Below are positions 10,530-20,215 of a stretch of DNA of 64,000 nt, one piece after another. Position 1 is the stretch's first letter; every line of letters begins with the position of its first letter. The translations under genes were made by a program, and so were the position numbers. Location of the stretch: positions 22,841 to 86,840 of the forward strand of contig JBAZUA010000003.1 in assembly GCA_041661645.1 (NCBI GenBank). Direction: 5' to 3'. A model generated the notes under the pieces. That model was not told the DNA's origin, ran no database searches, and saw only the letters and a program-made list of their open reading frames with translations. This stretch comes from Minisyncoccota bacterium (GTDB lineage: Bacteria > Patescibacteriota > Minisyncoccia > Phycocordibacterales > UBA6065).

Positions 10530-11000
10530 TTGATATATAGTATCGGCATGATATCCCGCAGCATCAAAGACACCTCGTCGATAGCCGCCGAGTTCGCTCG
10601 CGGCCTCGAGCCGCGTCTGAATGATCGGGAAGAGGGCGTCCTCGCAACCGTCATCGCCCTGCACGGCGACCTTGGTTCGGGCAAGACTACCTTTACGAAG
10701 GCATTTGCGGCAGCCCTCGGTATCCCTGAAGAGGAAGTCACCAGCCCGACCTTCGTCATCGAGAAGCGTTTCGATATCCACGGCTCGGCCTTTTTCAAGC
10801 GGCTCATACACATTGATGCATATCGTCTGGAGCGGCCCGAGGAGATAGAGAGGCTGGGCTGGAAACAGACCCTTGCCGACAAAGCCAACCTGGTGCTCGT
10901 GGAATGGCCAGAAAATATCGGGTCTGCCATGCCTCAAAACGTGCCCACGATATCTTTCACATTCATAGATGAGAATACTCGGGAAATAGTGTTTAATTAG
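10530..11000 (+). CDS. tsaE: tRNA threonylcarbamoyladenosine biosynthesis ATPase TsaE
   Basis: GDLGSGKTTF P-loop, VTSPTF, HIDAYRL motifs. Confidence 0.75.
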   Translation: MIYSIGMISRSIKDTSSIAAEFARGLEPRLNDREEGVLATVIALHGDLGSGKTTFTKAFAAALGIPEEEVTSPTFVIEKRFDIHGSAFFKRLIHIDAYRLERPEEIERLGWKQTLADKANLVLVEWPENIGSAMPQNVPTISFTFIDENTREIVFN

Positions 11001-11003
11001 GGG

Positions 11004-13391
11004 GTGAAACGACTCATACTCCTCGATTCCCACGCCATACTCCACAGGGCATATCATGCGCTGCCCGATTTCTCGACCGCAGGGGGCGAACCCACAGGCG
11101 CGCTCTATGGCGTCGCCACCATGTTGCTCGGCATCATCGAGACACTCAAGCCTGATTATATCGTCGCGACCTATGACTTGCCCAAGCCAACCCATAGGCA
11201 CGAGGCATACAAGGACTACAAGGCCGGCAGGGCCAAGACCGACGACGCCCTCGTCGCACAGATCATTCGCTCGCGCGACATTTTCAAGGTGCTCGGCATT
11301 CCGATGTATGACAAGGAAGGCTTCGAGGCGGACGACATTCTGGGCACCATAGTCGAGCTGACAAAGAAGGAGCGGGCGGCAGGCGGGCTCGAGGTCGTCA
11401 TCGCGTCGGGCGATATGGACACCCTGCAGTTGGTTTCGGGCGAGACGGTTCAGGTGTATACCCTGAAGAAGGGAATCAAGGACACCGTTATCTACGATGA
11501 GCCGGCCGTCCGCGAGCGATTCGGCTTTGGTCCCGAGCTTCTACCCGATTACAAGGGACTGCGCGGCGACCCATCGGACAATATCATCGGCATCAAGGGC
11601 ATTGGCGAGAAGACCGCGACCATCCTCATCAACACCTTCGGAACGATAGAGAATATGTACAAGGCCCTCAAGAAGGGTTCCGAGAAATTCAGCGCTGTCG
11701 GCATCACGCCTCGCGTCATCGAGCTTCTGACGAGCGGGGAGGAGGATGCCGAATTTTCAAAGGTTCTCGCTACTATTCGCCGCGATGCGCCGATCGATTG
11801 GAAGCTGCCAACCGTGGGCTGGAGGGAGGCGATCGACCTCGATGCGGCATCAAAGCTGTTCGCCGACCTCGAGTTTAGGACCATGTTCGCCCGGCTGAAG
11901 GGTGTGATCGACGGCAAGGCGATGCCCAAGAAGGTCGTTGAGGTGGAAGTTGGCGTAGGGCCTGTCGCCGCGCCTGTCGAGGAAAAGGACGTTTCCGCCG
12001 ATCGCCTGCGCGAGGCGGCCCTCATGCTGTGGCTCATCAACTCGAACATAGGCGATCCAAAGCTGGCCGACGTCATGGCCTTCTCCAAGGCCCAGACATT
12101 TGATGCCGCATGCAAGGTCCTCGAGACCGAGCTCAACAAGAGGGGCCTCACGAAGGTGTACGAGGACATCGAGAGGCCCCTCATCACGGTCATCGATCGC
12201 ATGAAGGAGATCGGCGTGAAGATAGACAGGAAGTTCCTCGAGGACTTGGGCGCCGAATATGGCAAGACTCTGGCCGCCCTCGAGAAGTCCATTTGGCGCA
12301 TGGCAGACATGGAGTTCAACATCGCCTCGCCGAAGCAGCTGGGTGAGGTGCTCTTCGTGAAGCTCGGGCTCAAGTCAAAGAAGAAGACGGCGGGAGGGGC
12401 CCTTTCCACCAAGGAGAGCGAGCTCGAGAAGCTGGCTGACGAGCATCCGATCATCGGCGAGATACTCCAGTATCGCGAGCTGTCCAAACTGCTCGGCACT
12501 TATATAGAAACGATACCGACCCAGCTCGATGATAATTCAAGGATACACCCGACCTTCATACAGACCGGCGCCGTGACAGGTCGCATGGCCACCAAGGACC
12601 CATCGATACAGAACATCCCGAACAGGACCGAGCTCGGCCGCAAGATTCGCAACGCCTTCATCGCCGAGAAGGGCTGGAAGCTCGTCGCCTTTGACTATTC
12701 GCAGATCGAGCTGCGCATCGCCGCCTTCCTCTCGCGGGACGACAAGTTCATAGACATATTCCGCAGGGGAGAGGACGTGCACGCCGCGGTTGCCGCCCAG
12801 GTGTTCGGCGTTCCTGTCGAGAGCGTCACCAAGGACATGCGAAGCCAGGCAAAGACCATCAACTTCGGCGTTATGTACGGTATGGGCGTCACCGCTCTCC
12901 AGAAGAACCTTGGCACCGATCGAAAGGCCGCCCAGAAATTCTATAATGACTATTTCGAGAAGTTCCATGGCCTCGCCGCATATCTCGAGAGCGTAAAGGC
13001 CGAGACTGCCGAGAGGGGGTACACCGAGACGTTCTTTGGCCGACGGCGCTACTTCGACGGCATCAAGTCAAAGATCCCGTTCATACGCGCCGCCGCCGAG
13101 CGCATGGCCATCAACGCGCCGATACAAGGCACCGAGGCGGACATCGTGAAGCTTGCCATGATACGCGTCGACGAATACATCCGCGAGAAGGGCCTCGAAA
13201 AGGACGTTCACATACTGATGCAGGTGCATGATGAGATCGTGCTCGAGGTGCGCGAGGGCCTTGTCGATAAAATATCTCCCGACATCAAGAAAATAATGGA
13301 GGCAATCATTCCGCCCAAGGACATTCACGGCATCGTCATCGTGGCTGACGCGAAGGTGGGGGATAATTGGGGCAGTATGGATAAGTTCTAG
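11004..13391 (+). CDS. polA: DNA polymerase I (5'-3' exonuclease + polymerase domains)
   Basis: 795 aa; N-terminal FEN-like domain, C-terminal family A polymerase motifs (RRxAKxxNFGxxYG, QVHDEIV). Confidence 0.9.
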   Translation: MKRLILLDSHAILHRAYHALPDFSTAGGEPTGALYGVATMLLGIIETLKPDYIVATYDLPKPTHRHEAYKDYKAGRAKTDDALVAQIIRSRDIFKVLGIPMYDKEGFEADDILGTIVELTKKERAAGGLEVVIASGDMDTLQLVSGETVQVYTLKKGIKDTVIYDEPAVRERFGFGPELLPDYKGLRGDPSDNIIGIKGIGEKTATILINTFGTIENMYKALKKGSEKFSAVGITPRVIELLTSGEEDAEFSKVLATIRRDAPIDWKLPTVGWREAIDLDAASKLFADLEFRTMFARLKGVIDGKAMPKKVVEVEVGVGPVAAPVEEKDVSADRLREAALMLWLINSNIGDPKLADVMAFSKAQTFDAACKVLETELNKRGLTKVYEDIERPLITVIDRMKEIGVKIDRKFLEDLGAEYGKTLAALEKSIWRMADMEFNIASPKQLGEVLFVKLGLKSKKKTAGGALSTKESELEKLADEHPIIGEILQYRELSKLLGTYIETIPTQLDDNSRIHPTFIQTGAVTGRMATKDPSIQNIPNRTELGRKIRNAFIAEKGWKLVAFDYSQIELRIAAFLSRDDKFIDIFRRGEDVHAAVAAQVFGVPVESVTKDMRSQAKTINFGVMYGMGVTALQKNLGTDRKAAQKFYNDYFEKFHGLAAYLESVKAETAERGYTETFFGRRRYFDGIKSKIPFIRAAAERMAINAPIQGTEADIVKLAMIRVDEYIREKGLEKDVHILMQVHDEIVLEVREGLVDKISPDIKKIMEAIIPPKDIHGIVIVADAKVGDNWGSMDKF

Positions 13392-13393
13392 CC

Positions 13394-13645
13394 CTATCGA
13401 TAGGCGTCCTTTCGATGTGATATTTCCACAACGAACACGATAAGTTCGTGTTTTATGATTTCATATATGATTCGGTAAGGCCAGACGCGCAGGGATCGGA
13501 GACCTTTGAGGTCCCCGTGAAGCTCTTTGCCCTGAAAAGGCGCTCGACAAAGCCTGTCGAGGGAGACCAGGATGCGGGCCTGGGCGACCCTGTCCAGCCT
13601 AGCGAACTCTTTTCTTGCCGAGGTTTTTATTACCAGTTCGTACAT
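13394..13645 (-). CDS. type II toxin, RelE/ParE family
   Basis: 83 aa; RelE-like pattern (RVWPYRIIYEI...ELIVFVVEISHRKDAY). Confidence 0.8.
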   Translation of the reverse strand: MYELVIKTSARKEFARLDRVAQARILVSLDRLCRAPFQGKELHGDLKGLRSLRVWPYRIIYEIIKHELIVFVVEISHRKDAYR

Positions 13646-13952
13646 AGGCTTTCTTTGGCTTATCGTTCAGCATAAAGTCCTTCTTGAGCTCATCGAGCGT
13701 CGGCCACTTCTTCCATGCGCCAGACTTCCACGCGTCCCGGGTTTCCTTCACGCTCTTGAGGATGTTCGGCGAATCCCGAAGAACCTCCATGGTCTCGATC
13801 CATGACTCGTATTCAGTTGCCGACATGATGACGGCCTTGGGCGTGCCACGTTCGGTGAGGGTGTACACGACGGCGGGGGACACGACCTCCGATACTATCT
13901 CGAAGAGCCTTTTTCGGGCCTCCGTGAGCGATATGATGTTTTTCATATTCAT
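13599..13952 (-). CDS. type II antitoxin, Phd/YefM family
   Basis: ISLTEARKRLFEIV...AVIMSATEYESWIETMEVL; overlaps toxin start by ~47 nt. Confidence 0.75.
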   Translation of the reverse strand: MNMKNIISLTEARKRLFEIVSEVVSPAVVYTLTERGTPKAVIMSATEYESWIETMEVLRDSPNILKSVKETRDAWKSGAWKKWPTLDELKKDFMLNDKPKKAYVRTGNKNLGKKRVR

Positions 13953-14039
13953 GTGTACATAATAGCGTACATGACAAGGGCGCGCAATCGGGCCGTGCGA
14001 GCCAGAGCACCCTTGTGGGCAAAATGCTAAAATCTACCT

Positions 14040-14759
14040 GTGTTATACGTCATTCACGGCACCGATATAGAAACCGCGCGAGCCAAGGCCCACGGCCTCT
14101 TCGAGGCACTCAAGGGCAAGAAGCCCGACGCTTCGGCGGGGACGCTCGCTGCCGAGCAGGTGACCCTCGAGCGCCTCGACGAGCTTACCCAGTCTCAGGG
14201 CCTCTTCGAGAACAGGCAGATCATCTTCATGGATCGCACCCTCGAGAACAAGGATGTTCGTGAGGTCATCCTGGAACGCATCGACGAGCTGGGCGAGTCC
14301 CCGAACATATTCATATTCTTCGAGGGCAAGCTGACAAAGGAGATACTCAAGAAGCTCGAGAAGAGGGCCGAGAAGATACAGGAATATGCGGCCGATGACG
14401 CGCCAAAGGCAAAGCAGGACGGCGGCTTCTTCGCGCTCGCCGACGCCCTTGGCTCGCGCGACAAGAAGGGTCTCTGGGTTCTGTTTCGGGAGGCGATGGA
14501 CAGGGATGCCGCCCCCGAGGAGATTCACGGCATATTGTTCTGGCAGGCAAAATCGCTCGCGCTTGCCGCGCGAACCCGCGATGCCGCCGAGGCGGGCCTT
14601 AACCCATTCGTCTATGGCAAGGCGAAAAGATACGTGTCTAACTTCAGGGTGGGGGAGATAGACGCCCTCGTGTCCCGGCTCGTTCACATATATCACCACT
14701 CCCATCGGGGCGAGGGGGATTTCGAGCTGGCCCTCGAAAAGATGATTCTCGATCTATAA
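14040..14759 (+). CDS. holA: DNA polymerase III delta subunit-like (HolA)
   Basis: 239 aa; C-terminal region resembles delta subunit helical domain; weak N-terminal similarity. Confidence 0.5.
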   Translation: MLYVIHGTDIETARAKAHGLFEALKGKKPDASAGTLAAEQVTLERLDELTQSQGLFENRQIIFMDRTLENKDVREVILERIDELGESPNIFIFFEGKLTKEILKKLEKRAEKIQEYAADDAPKAKQDGGFFALADALGSRDKKGLWVLFREAMDRDAAPEEIHGILFWQAKSLALAARTRDAAEAGLNPFVYGKAKRYVSNFRVGEIDALVSRLVHIYHHSHRGEGDFELALEKMILDL

Positions 14760-14761
14760 AA

Positions 14762-14791
14762 AACAAAAGGCGCCGCATGTGCGGCGCCGAC
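14762..14791. terminator. bidirectional terminator hairpin
   Basis: ggcgccgcatgtgcggcgcc stem-loop between convergent genes. Confidence 0.6.
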
Positions 14792-14806
14792 TCTGATTGT
14801 GGGGCC

Positions 14807-15172
14807 TCAGGTGATGGGGACACCCATCTCGATCGGTGGTTTGCAGTTTTCCCCCTTGTGAGGCGGAACCTTGCAGGGAAATTCTTCGCTCGTGTTGCGG
14901 AACAAGTCGAGGCCGTCGATGGCGCTGACCGAAAACACGTAGTCATTTTCCGGGTGGGACTGGATCGAACCATCCTCGCCGATGCGAGCCTTGGAAATAT
15001 CAAACCCTCCCGATGTGTAGCCCTTGCGCTCCTTCGACTTCTTGTCGTCGGGGACGGCCAGGACGGCCTCCTCTGACAGGGGGAAGCATATCCCGTTGTC
15101 TTTTTGTCTGGACGCGATGAAGAATTCTCCCGCGAGAACCTTTCCGGTTTCCCTACAGATGATTTGGCTCAT
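14807..15172 (-). CDS. hypothetical protein
   Basis: 121-aa ORF convergent with holA, shares terminator. Confidence 0.35.
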   Translation of the reverse strand: MSQIICRETGKVLAGEFFIASRQKDNGICFPLSEEAVLAVPDDKKSKERKGYTSGGFDISKARIGEDGSIQSHPENDYVFSVSAIDGLDLFRNTSEEFPCKVPPHKGENCKPPIEMGVPIT

Positions 15173-15316
15173 GTGTGCTGTTTCTGAAGAACAATCGCAC
15201 TATCCCCGTGCGAGGGTGTCGCGCAAACGTGCGTGACTGAAAAACAGTACGCCCGTGCGGGTGTTTTGTCAAACCACCTTTATCTTTGGGGTTTTTGTGG
15301 TATTATCGGTTTCATT

Positions 15317-15389
15317 CCGCCCATAGCTCAGTCGGTAGAGCAGCTCCCTTTTAAGGAGAGGGTCCCAGGTTCGATTCCTGGTGGGCGGA
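15317..15389 (+). tRNA. tRNA-Lys (anticodon TTT)
   Basis: Cloverleaf: acceptor CCGCCCA/TGGGCGG, D arm GCTC..GAGC, anticodon loop CTTTTAA, T arm CCAGG TTCGATT CCTGG; no encoded CCA. Confidence 0.85.
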
Positions 15390-15465
15390 CACTCATGTGA
15401 TAGGTTCGGAGTCCGAGAAGGCTTCTTTTGGCTTGTGGAATAAGCTCGTGTATTATTGATGCACG

Positions 15466-16107
15466 ATGATCACGGTTTTTGTAGACGAATCAGGGAATCT
15501 CGGTAATGATGGGCGATATTTCGTCATTGCTATTATCGTGCCTCAGAAGGGTAAGAGAATATCGAATTTCATGAAAGCCTTTTGCGCCAAGAATAATCTC
15601 CCAGAGATAAAGGCCTCACAGCTCTCGTTTTCTCAAAAGCAGGAGATTTTCAATAAACTCACCTCTGCCAACGATTATACTGTTTCATATATCGTCGCTG
15701 ACAAGAAACACATAGATAATCACCAGTTGTTTAAAGACAAAAATCTTCTCTACAACTATCTGTTCTCGTTCCTGATTAAGAAAACTATAAAAGGCGCAAA
15801 CGAGGATGTGTGTATTTTGCTTGATAACCACTCAACAAAAACAAAGTCTATTAACTCGCTCTGCGACTATATAAAAATTAAGGCGTTTACCCAATGGAAT
15901 TATCGGAACAATCTTCAAATAGGGTATGTAGACTCAAAGAATTCAAAAACTATCCAAGCGGCGGATGTGATAGCGAATGCGATTTATGCAAAATACATAT
16001 ATGGAAAGGATCATTTTTATAACATGCTGACGATTAGCGAATCTATCAAGTTCCCACAGAGTAAATTCGGCCAAGAACCACCTGTTGGTAACCAACTTGA
16101 AACATAG
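15466..16107 (+). CDS. DUF3800 domain protein
   Basis: VFVDESG N-terminal motif and QAADVIA C-terminal motif typical of DUF3800; low-GC region. Confidence 0.6.
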   Translation: MITVFVDESGNLGNDGRYFVIAIIVPQKGKRISNFMKAFCAKNNLPEIKASQLSFSQKQEIFNKLTSANDYTVSYIVADKKHIDNHQLFKDKNLLYNYLFSFLIKKTIKGANEDVCILLDNHSTKTKSINSLCDYIKIKAFTQWNYRNNLQIGYVDSKNSKTIQAADVIANAIYAKYIYGKDHFYNMLTISESIKFPQSKFGQEPPVGNQLET

Positions 16108-16389
16108 GCTGTTTTAGATTAGTATCATAAGTGACATCAATCTTGTGTGGAGCTTAATGCAAGTAAGTGACGTGTGCCGTCACCGAAGCACAAGTAGTCT
16201 TGAAAAGCCCTGTGGGGCTTTTCTGCTTTATGGGGAGTACCACCTTGATAGGAGTCCTTAATGGCGCTTGTGTTGTTGTTCACGCAACACAAGGGATGAC
16301 GCATATTCTCTAGGGAGTCCAGGAGGGAGGTGTTGGTAAGAAAAAGCCCATATATTCCTATATGGGCTTGGGACAAAACCGTTTATGAA

Positions 16390-16821
16390 TCAAGAGTCAC
16401 TAAGCGTTAGGTAATTTTCATGATTACCCTCGTCTCTTTTGACCAATCCTTTTTCTAATAGACGATGCAGGTCATCGCTACTCATGACAAGTCCATAACC
16501 TGGAGGGGTTTTGCTTACAGCAAGTCGTTTGATCACCTCAATAAATAACGGCTCAGAATGCTTTGAAGGAAATACACAGTTCCAGCAAATCAAAGGGTAT
16601 CCATGCAAGAATATCCTACTATGCCCATGACAAGTTGCCTGCCTTCTCTTGAATTCATAATCCCATTCATAATAGGAGAGAATGGCCGTTCCCTCATAGA
16701 GGTGCATTGCTTTATTTTTGGCTTTAAACACAGTAAGCCATAACTGCTTTTGGAATTTGTTGCCCTGTCCACTCGATGGACCCATTGCTGGCGGGATTTC
16801 CATGGTATTTGTTTTATTCAT
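16390..16821 (-). CDS. hypothetical protein (possible metallophosphoesterase-like fragment)
   Basis: 143 aa; CHGHSRI resembles the terminal GHxH motif of calcineurin-like phosphoesterases but earlier motifs absent. Confidence 0.3.
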   Translation of the reverse strand: MNKTNTMEIPPAMGPSSGQGNKFQKQLWLTVFKAKNKAMHLYEGTAILSYYEWDYEFKRRQATCHGHSRIFLHGYPLICWNCVFPSKHSEPLFIEVIKRLAVSKTPPGYGLVMSSDDLHRLLEKGLVKRDEGNHENYLTLSDS

Positions 16822-16991
16822 ATGAGTTTGATGGGAAACAGACGATCCGCACGATGTGGTATCGGCAAGTCACTCGCATGCTTCCTTTCAAACTCAACTA
16901 CTTCAAAGAACTGGATTCTATGAACCCATAGCGCATGTTATGGACTCAATAAAATAGGGGATTGTGTAAATCCCCTACGAGAGAATAAGGA

Positions 16992-17201
16992 TTAGCGCAA
17001 GGAACGGATATAATCTTCGAACACCATACGTTCCAAAGCTTCCCTGGATCTGATAGAAGGATGTTCTCCTTTCATCCCCACACTCTTCATTAGCACCGCG
17101 TCAGGAGTGCCGGGTGTAGCGATACCACGCAGATAATCAAGGGGTATGCCGTCCTTAAGGGCTTCGCGGTATTCGGTGTGAGCATCTTTGGTGTCTTTCA
17201 T
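16992..17201 (-). CDS. hypothetical small protein
   Basis: 69 aa, 9 nt downstream of preceding same-strand ORF. Confidence 0.3.
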   Translation of the reverse strand: MKDTKDAHTEYREALKDGIPLDYLRGIATPGTPDAVLMKSVGMKGEHPSIRSREALERMVFEDYIRSLR

Positions 17202-17210
17202 GGTCCTGTT

Positions 17211-17771
17211 CTAGCCCTCTACTCCCCACGGAGCCGATGGAACAGGAAAATCGTTCTTCTTGACGAGCAGGACATGGGTCCCTTTCTCAAACAAGTTTTC
17301 TCTCAAGCGAACAAGCTCAAGACGCCTAAAAGAGGAACCGACATTGAGACGTGCCACCGCTCGCATTCCGCCACTCCACTGAAAGATCGAACCGAGAGCG
17401 ATTACTTTAAAATCCACTCCTGCCCGAACTCTTTGCTTGGATGATCCCAGACTCAACAGATCTCCGAATGTTCCGAATCGATCACGCGGAAGATTCACTG
17501 TGATATGTTTTACAATATCATATTCCTCCATTGGTTTTGGAAGCACCCAAGCATCGGGATTCTCCCCAAGAATTAGATGCGACTGAACCGCAAGATCCCA
17601 AGCACCTGTCTGAGAGGTACCAAAGCAGAGCGAGAAGAGAATGCTAGTGTCACACTCCATGGTGCTACATAGTGAAGAATAATTACCAGCATTGATCATC
17701 TCTCTGATAACCTGACTAATGGTTTTGTTAGCCACCACTGAGGCATTGGACTGTAGGTTTTGATTGCTCAT
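17211..17771 (-). CDS. hypothetical protein
   Basis: 186-aa ORF in low-GC islet. Confidence 0.4.
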   Translation of the reverse strand: MSNQNLQSNASVVANKTISQVIREMINAGNYSSLCSTMECDTSILFSLCFGTSQTGAWDLAVQSHLILGENPDAWVLPKPMEEYDIVKHITVNLPRDRFGTFGDLLSLGSSKQRVRAGVDFKVIALGSIFQWSGGMRAVARLNVGSSFRRLELVRLRENLFEKGTHVLLVKKNDFPVPSAPWGVEG

Positions 17772-17898
17772 AGGAAAGTACTATTTCTCCAATATTATGG
17801 ATCAAATGTCAATTATAGTCACAAATGGGGACTACTACCCATCGCATTTTCATACATAGCTTGTGATATAAGGGTATATATGCTATACTATTGGTGTC

Positions 17899-18645
17899 AT
17901 GAAAACGGACAATAAGGAAATAATTGATTCTTTGGAGCTGTATGGATTCTCTCCTAACGAAGCGACTGTATATGTGTTTCTCCTCAAAAAGATCGAATCC
18001 TCGGCTTTTGAGATAGCGAAGGAGTCCGGAATCCCGAGAACAACTGTCTACACCACTCTCGAATCGCTTAAACGACAGGGTTTTGTCTCGCGGTTGAGGA
18101 AGAATAATGTTGCGTATTTCACCCCCGAGAGCCCGAACAGGCTTATCGGGCTTCTTAAAAAGAAAGAGGAGGTTGTTAATTCGATCCTGCCTCAAATTAG
18201 AGCAATTTCATCTCGAAATGTTGATGCACCAACAGCAAAGCTTTTTGTTGGCATAGATGGGATCAAGTCAGGTCTTGAAGATATACTTGAAACCCTCAAA
18301 TCACAGAAAATAAAGCAGATACTTGCCACCTCTCAGCCGGACATGACCAAGCATCTACCTAAATATTTTCCAGCGTGGCTCAAGTCGCGTGAGGATATAG
18401 GTGTGTTCACAAAACTTATACTCTCCCATGACGCGCGCGGGTACCTCTTTTCTAACGAGCTGCGAGAGGTCAGGTATCTACCCGAGAAATTTCCCTTTGA
18501 TTGCTCGGTTACGATATACGGGAATAAAATGGCGTTCTTTTCGCTTCGAGATGATGATGCATATTGCGTGATCATCGAGTCGCGCTCAATTGCCGACATG
18601 CTGAGCAAGTTCTTTTTGTTCTCGTGGGAGATGTTAGGGAAGTAA
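17899..18645 (+). CDS. TrmB family transcriptional regulator
   Basis: N-terminal wHTH (TVYVFLLK...IPRTTVYTTLESLKRQGFV) plus TrmB-like C-terminal domain. Confidence 0.7.
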   Translation: MKTDNKEIIDSLELYGFSPNEATVYVFLLKKIESSAFEIAKESGIPRTTVYTTLESLKRQGFVSRLRKNNVAYFTPESPNRLIGLLKKKEEVVNSILPQIRAISSRNVDAPTAKLFVGIDGIKSGLEDILETLKSQKIKQILATSQPDMTKHLPKYFPAWLKSREDIGVFTKLILSHDARGYLFSNELREVRYLPEKFPFDCSVTIYGNKMAFFSLRDDDAYCVIIESRSIADMLSKFFLFSWEMLGK

Positions 18646-18855
18646 GCTGTCTTTTATGGTGTCCACTATGTCCACTTTCTCTCTAAACGAGACACTGTCT
18701 AAACATGCCTTAGGAGTGTCTCATTCACAGGAATATTAGCCCTTCTGTACCCTAGATGTGACAGTGTGCAACACACGCTCAAAAGTGTCGGATTTGTCGG
18801 ATTTTGACCCGACCTACTTGCCTCATTACGCCTGCACGTCCATAATCAAAACAAC

Positions 18856-18902
18856 CCTTATGGCGCGCCACTTTACAATTTCCGAGACCGATTCGGGGGA
18901 CA
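18856..18902 (+). repeat. 47-nt element, copy 1 (ccttatggcgcgccactttacaatttccgagaccgattcgggggaca)
   Basis: Near-identical (44/47) to copy at 20165-20211. Confidence 0.8.
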
Positions 18903-18942
18903 AGCTAAAACCGCAGATTTATCTGCGGTTTTAGCTTGTCCG
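18900..18942 (+). other. perfect ~19-bp stem hairpin (acaagctaaaaccgcagat / atctgcggttttagcttgt)
   Basis: Seen directly; lies between repeat copy 1 and pilin gene. Confidence 0.7.
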
Positions 18943-19178
18943 AGCCGGAGCGATGTTTTTCGCTTCGAAAAACTGCGAGGTGGGGTCGCGGACATTCCGA
19001 GCGACGGCGATAAATGATCCGTGACGACACTTATGTGAGACAGACCGAGAGGGCTAAGCGTGGCTTTGTTTTCAAAGAGTAAGATAAAGTCGCGAATCTA
19101 TTTAGTGATCAAGAGGGGAATAAGGTGATATTTAGGCATTTACCTAATGGGTACGGGGGAGGTAAAATAGCGATACGT

Positions 19179-19940
19179 ATGAAACCCCGTACTCCTCGAG
19201 CTTTCACCTTGATAGAACTCCTCGTTGTCATTTCCATCATTAGCTTACTCTCGTCCGTGGTTCTTGCCTCCTTGAATTCTGCGCGGAACAAAGGAAAGCT
19301 TGCGGCCATTAAAGGCAATCTTCAAAATATGATTACCCAAATGGAGCTTTCATATTCAGACAATGGAAACTACGGAGGTATAAATGGAGCGGGAACACCG
19401 CCATATCGTCCGAGTACCATTTGCCTTGGGCCAATCGCAGGCATGGCCCGGGCCACATCAAACGGGGGAGCCAAGGCTCGGTGTCTCTCCACCAATTTTT
19501 CAGGTTGGAGCGATGTCAACAAAAGGTGGGGAGCCACAGCCCTTCAATACACCACAACAGCTCCCGTCAAAGCGTGGTCGGCTTCCCCGTCTGGAGTAAT
19601 CGCCTGGGATGCACAGGGGGTGAACTCCTCCGGCGCATTCGTGGGTACTGATGTAACCATGAACTGGGACACGGCAGTTGCCGCTTGTGCCACAGCGGGA
19701 GGCCGTCTTCCCACGGTCGAGGAACTCAAAACGCTCGGCGACGCCCAGTGCGAAGCCCTTGGAAGCACCGACTGCACAGTAGACTCCGCAAGAAATCCTC
19801 CAGGCTTCCAGGCCACCTTCTACTGGTCGGGTACTGGGGTTCCGAGCGATGGGTCTCAGGCGTACACCGTGTACTTATACCGCGGCAGCATGTACAACTA
19901 CCCCAAGGCCAATGGCTACTACGTTCGGTGCGTCCGCTAG
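19179..19940 (+). CDS. type IV pilin / pseudopilin (prepilin N-terminal methylation domain)
   Basis: MKPRTPRA|FTLIELLVVISIISLL: class III signal peptide, Glu at +5; larger C-terminal domain ending in a Cys pair. Confidence 0.75.
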   Translation: MKPRTPRAFTLIELLVVISIISLLSSVVLASLNSARNKGKLAAIKGNLQNMITQMELSYSDNGNYGGINGAGTPPYRPSTICLGPIAGMARATSNGGAKARCLSTNFSGWSDVNKRWGATALQYTTTAPVKAWSASPSGVIAWDAQGVNSSGAFVGTDVTMNWDTAVAACATAGGRLPTVEELKTLGDAQCEALGSTDCTVDSARNPPGFQATFYWSGTGVPSDGSQAYTVYLYRGSMYNYPKANGYYVRCVR

Positions 19941-20164
19941 CATTCCTCGTTCCAATCCGCCGTCTGGCCTGAGATGCCCTTTGAATATGACCACATTCTC
20001 ACTTTCAATTTGAGCAGGGAATGGAGGGACAGAATGAATTTATTGTTATATATCTTTCCTGCAAATAAGATATTGACTGAACCTACCCTAAGGGCGTTTG
20101 TCTTGTCGGACTTTGCCCTGATCAACTTGCTTCATTTCTCCTTGCCGAGCATAATTCAAAGCGT

Positions 20165-20211
20165 CCTTATGGCGCGCCACTTTACAATTTACGAGCCCGA
20201 TTCGGGGGACA
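20165..20211 (+). repeat. 47-nt element, copy 2, immediately upstream of trmH-like start codon
   Basis: ccttatggcgcgccactttacaatttacgagcccgattcgggggaca. Confidence 0.8.
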
Positions 20212-20215
20212 CTTT

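Noticed and set aside
1054-12500. Numerous antisense or embedded ORFs inside the PBP1A, polA, pilB, P-type ATPase and other large genes (e.g. 8403-9485, 11549-12499, 5659-6036)
   Set aside because: They lie wholly within confidently assigned genes on the opposite strand or in other frames and have biased low-complexity translations.
18976-18990. Possible direct repeat of the tRNA-Lys 3' end (gtggggtcgcgga) marking the far end of the low-GC islet
   Set aside because: Only about 10/13 nt similar; too weak to call an att site by eye.
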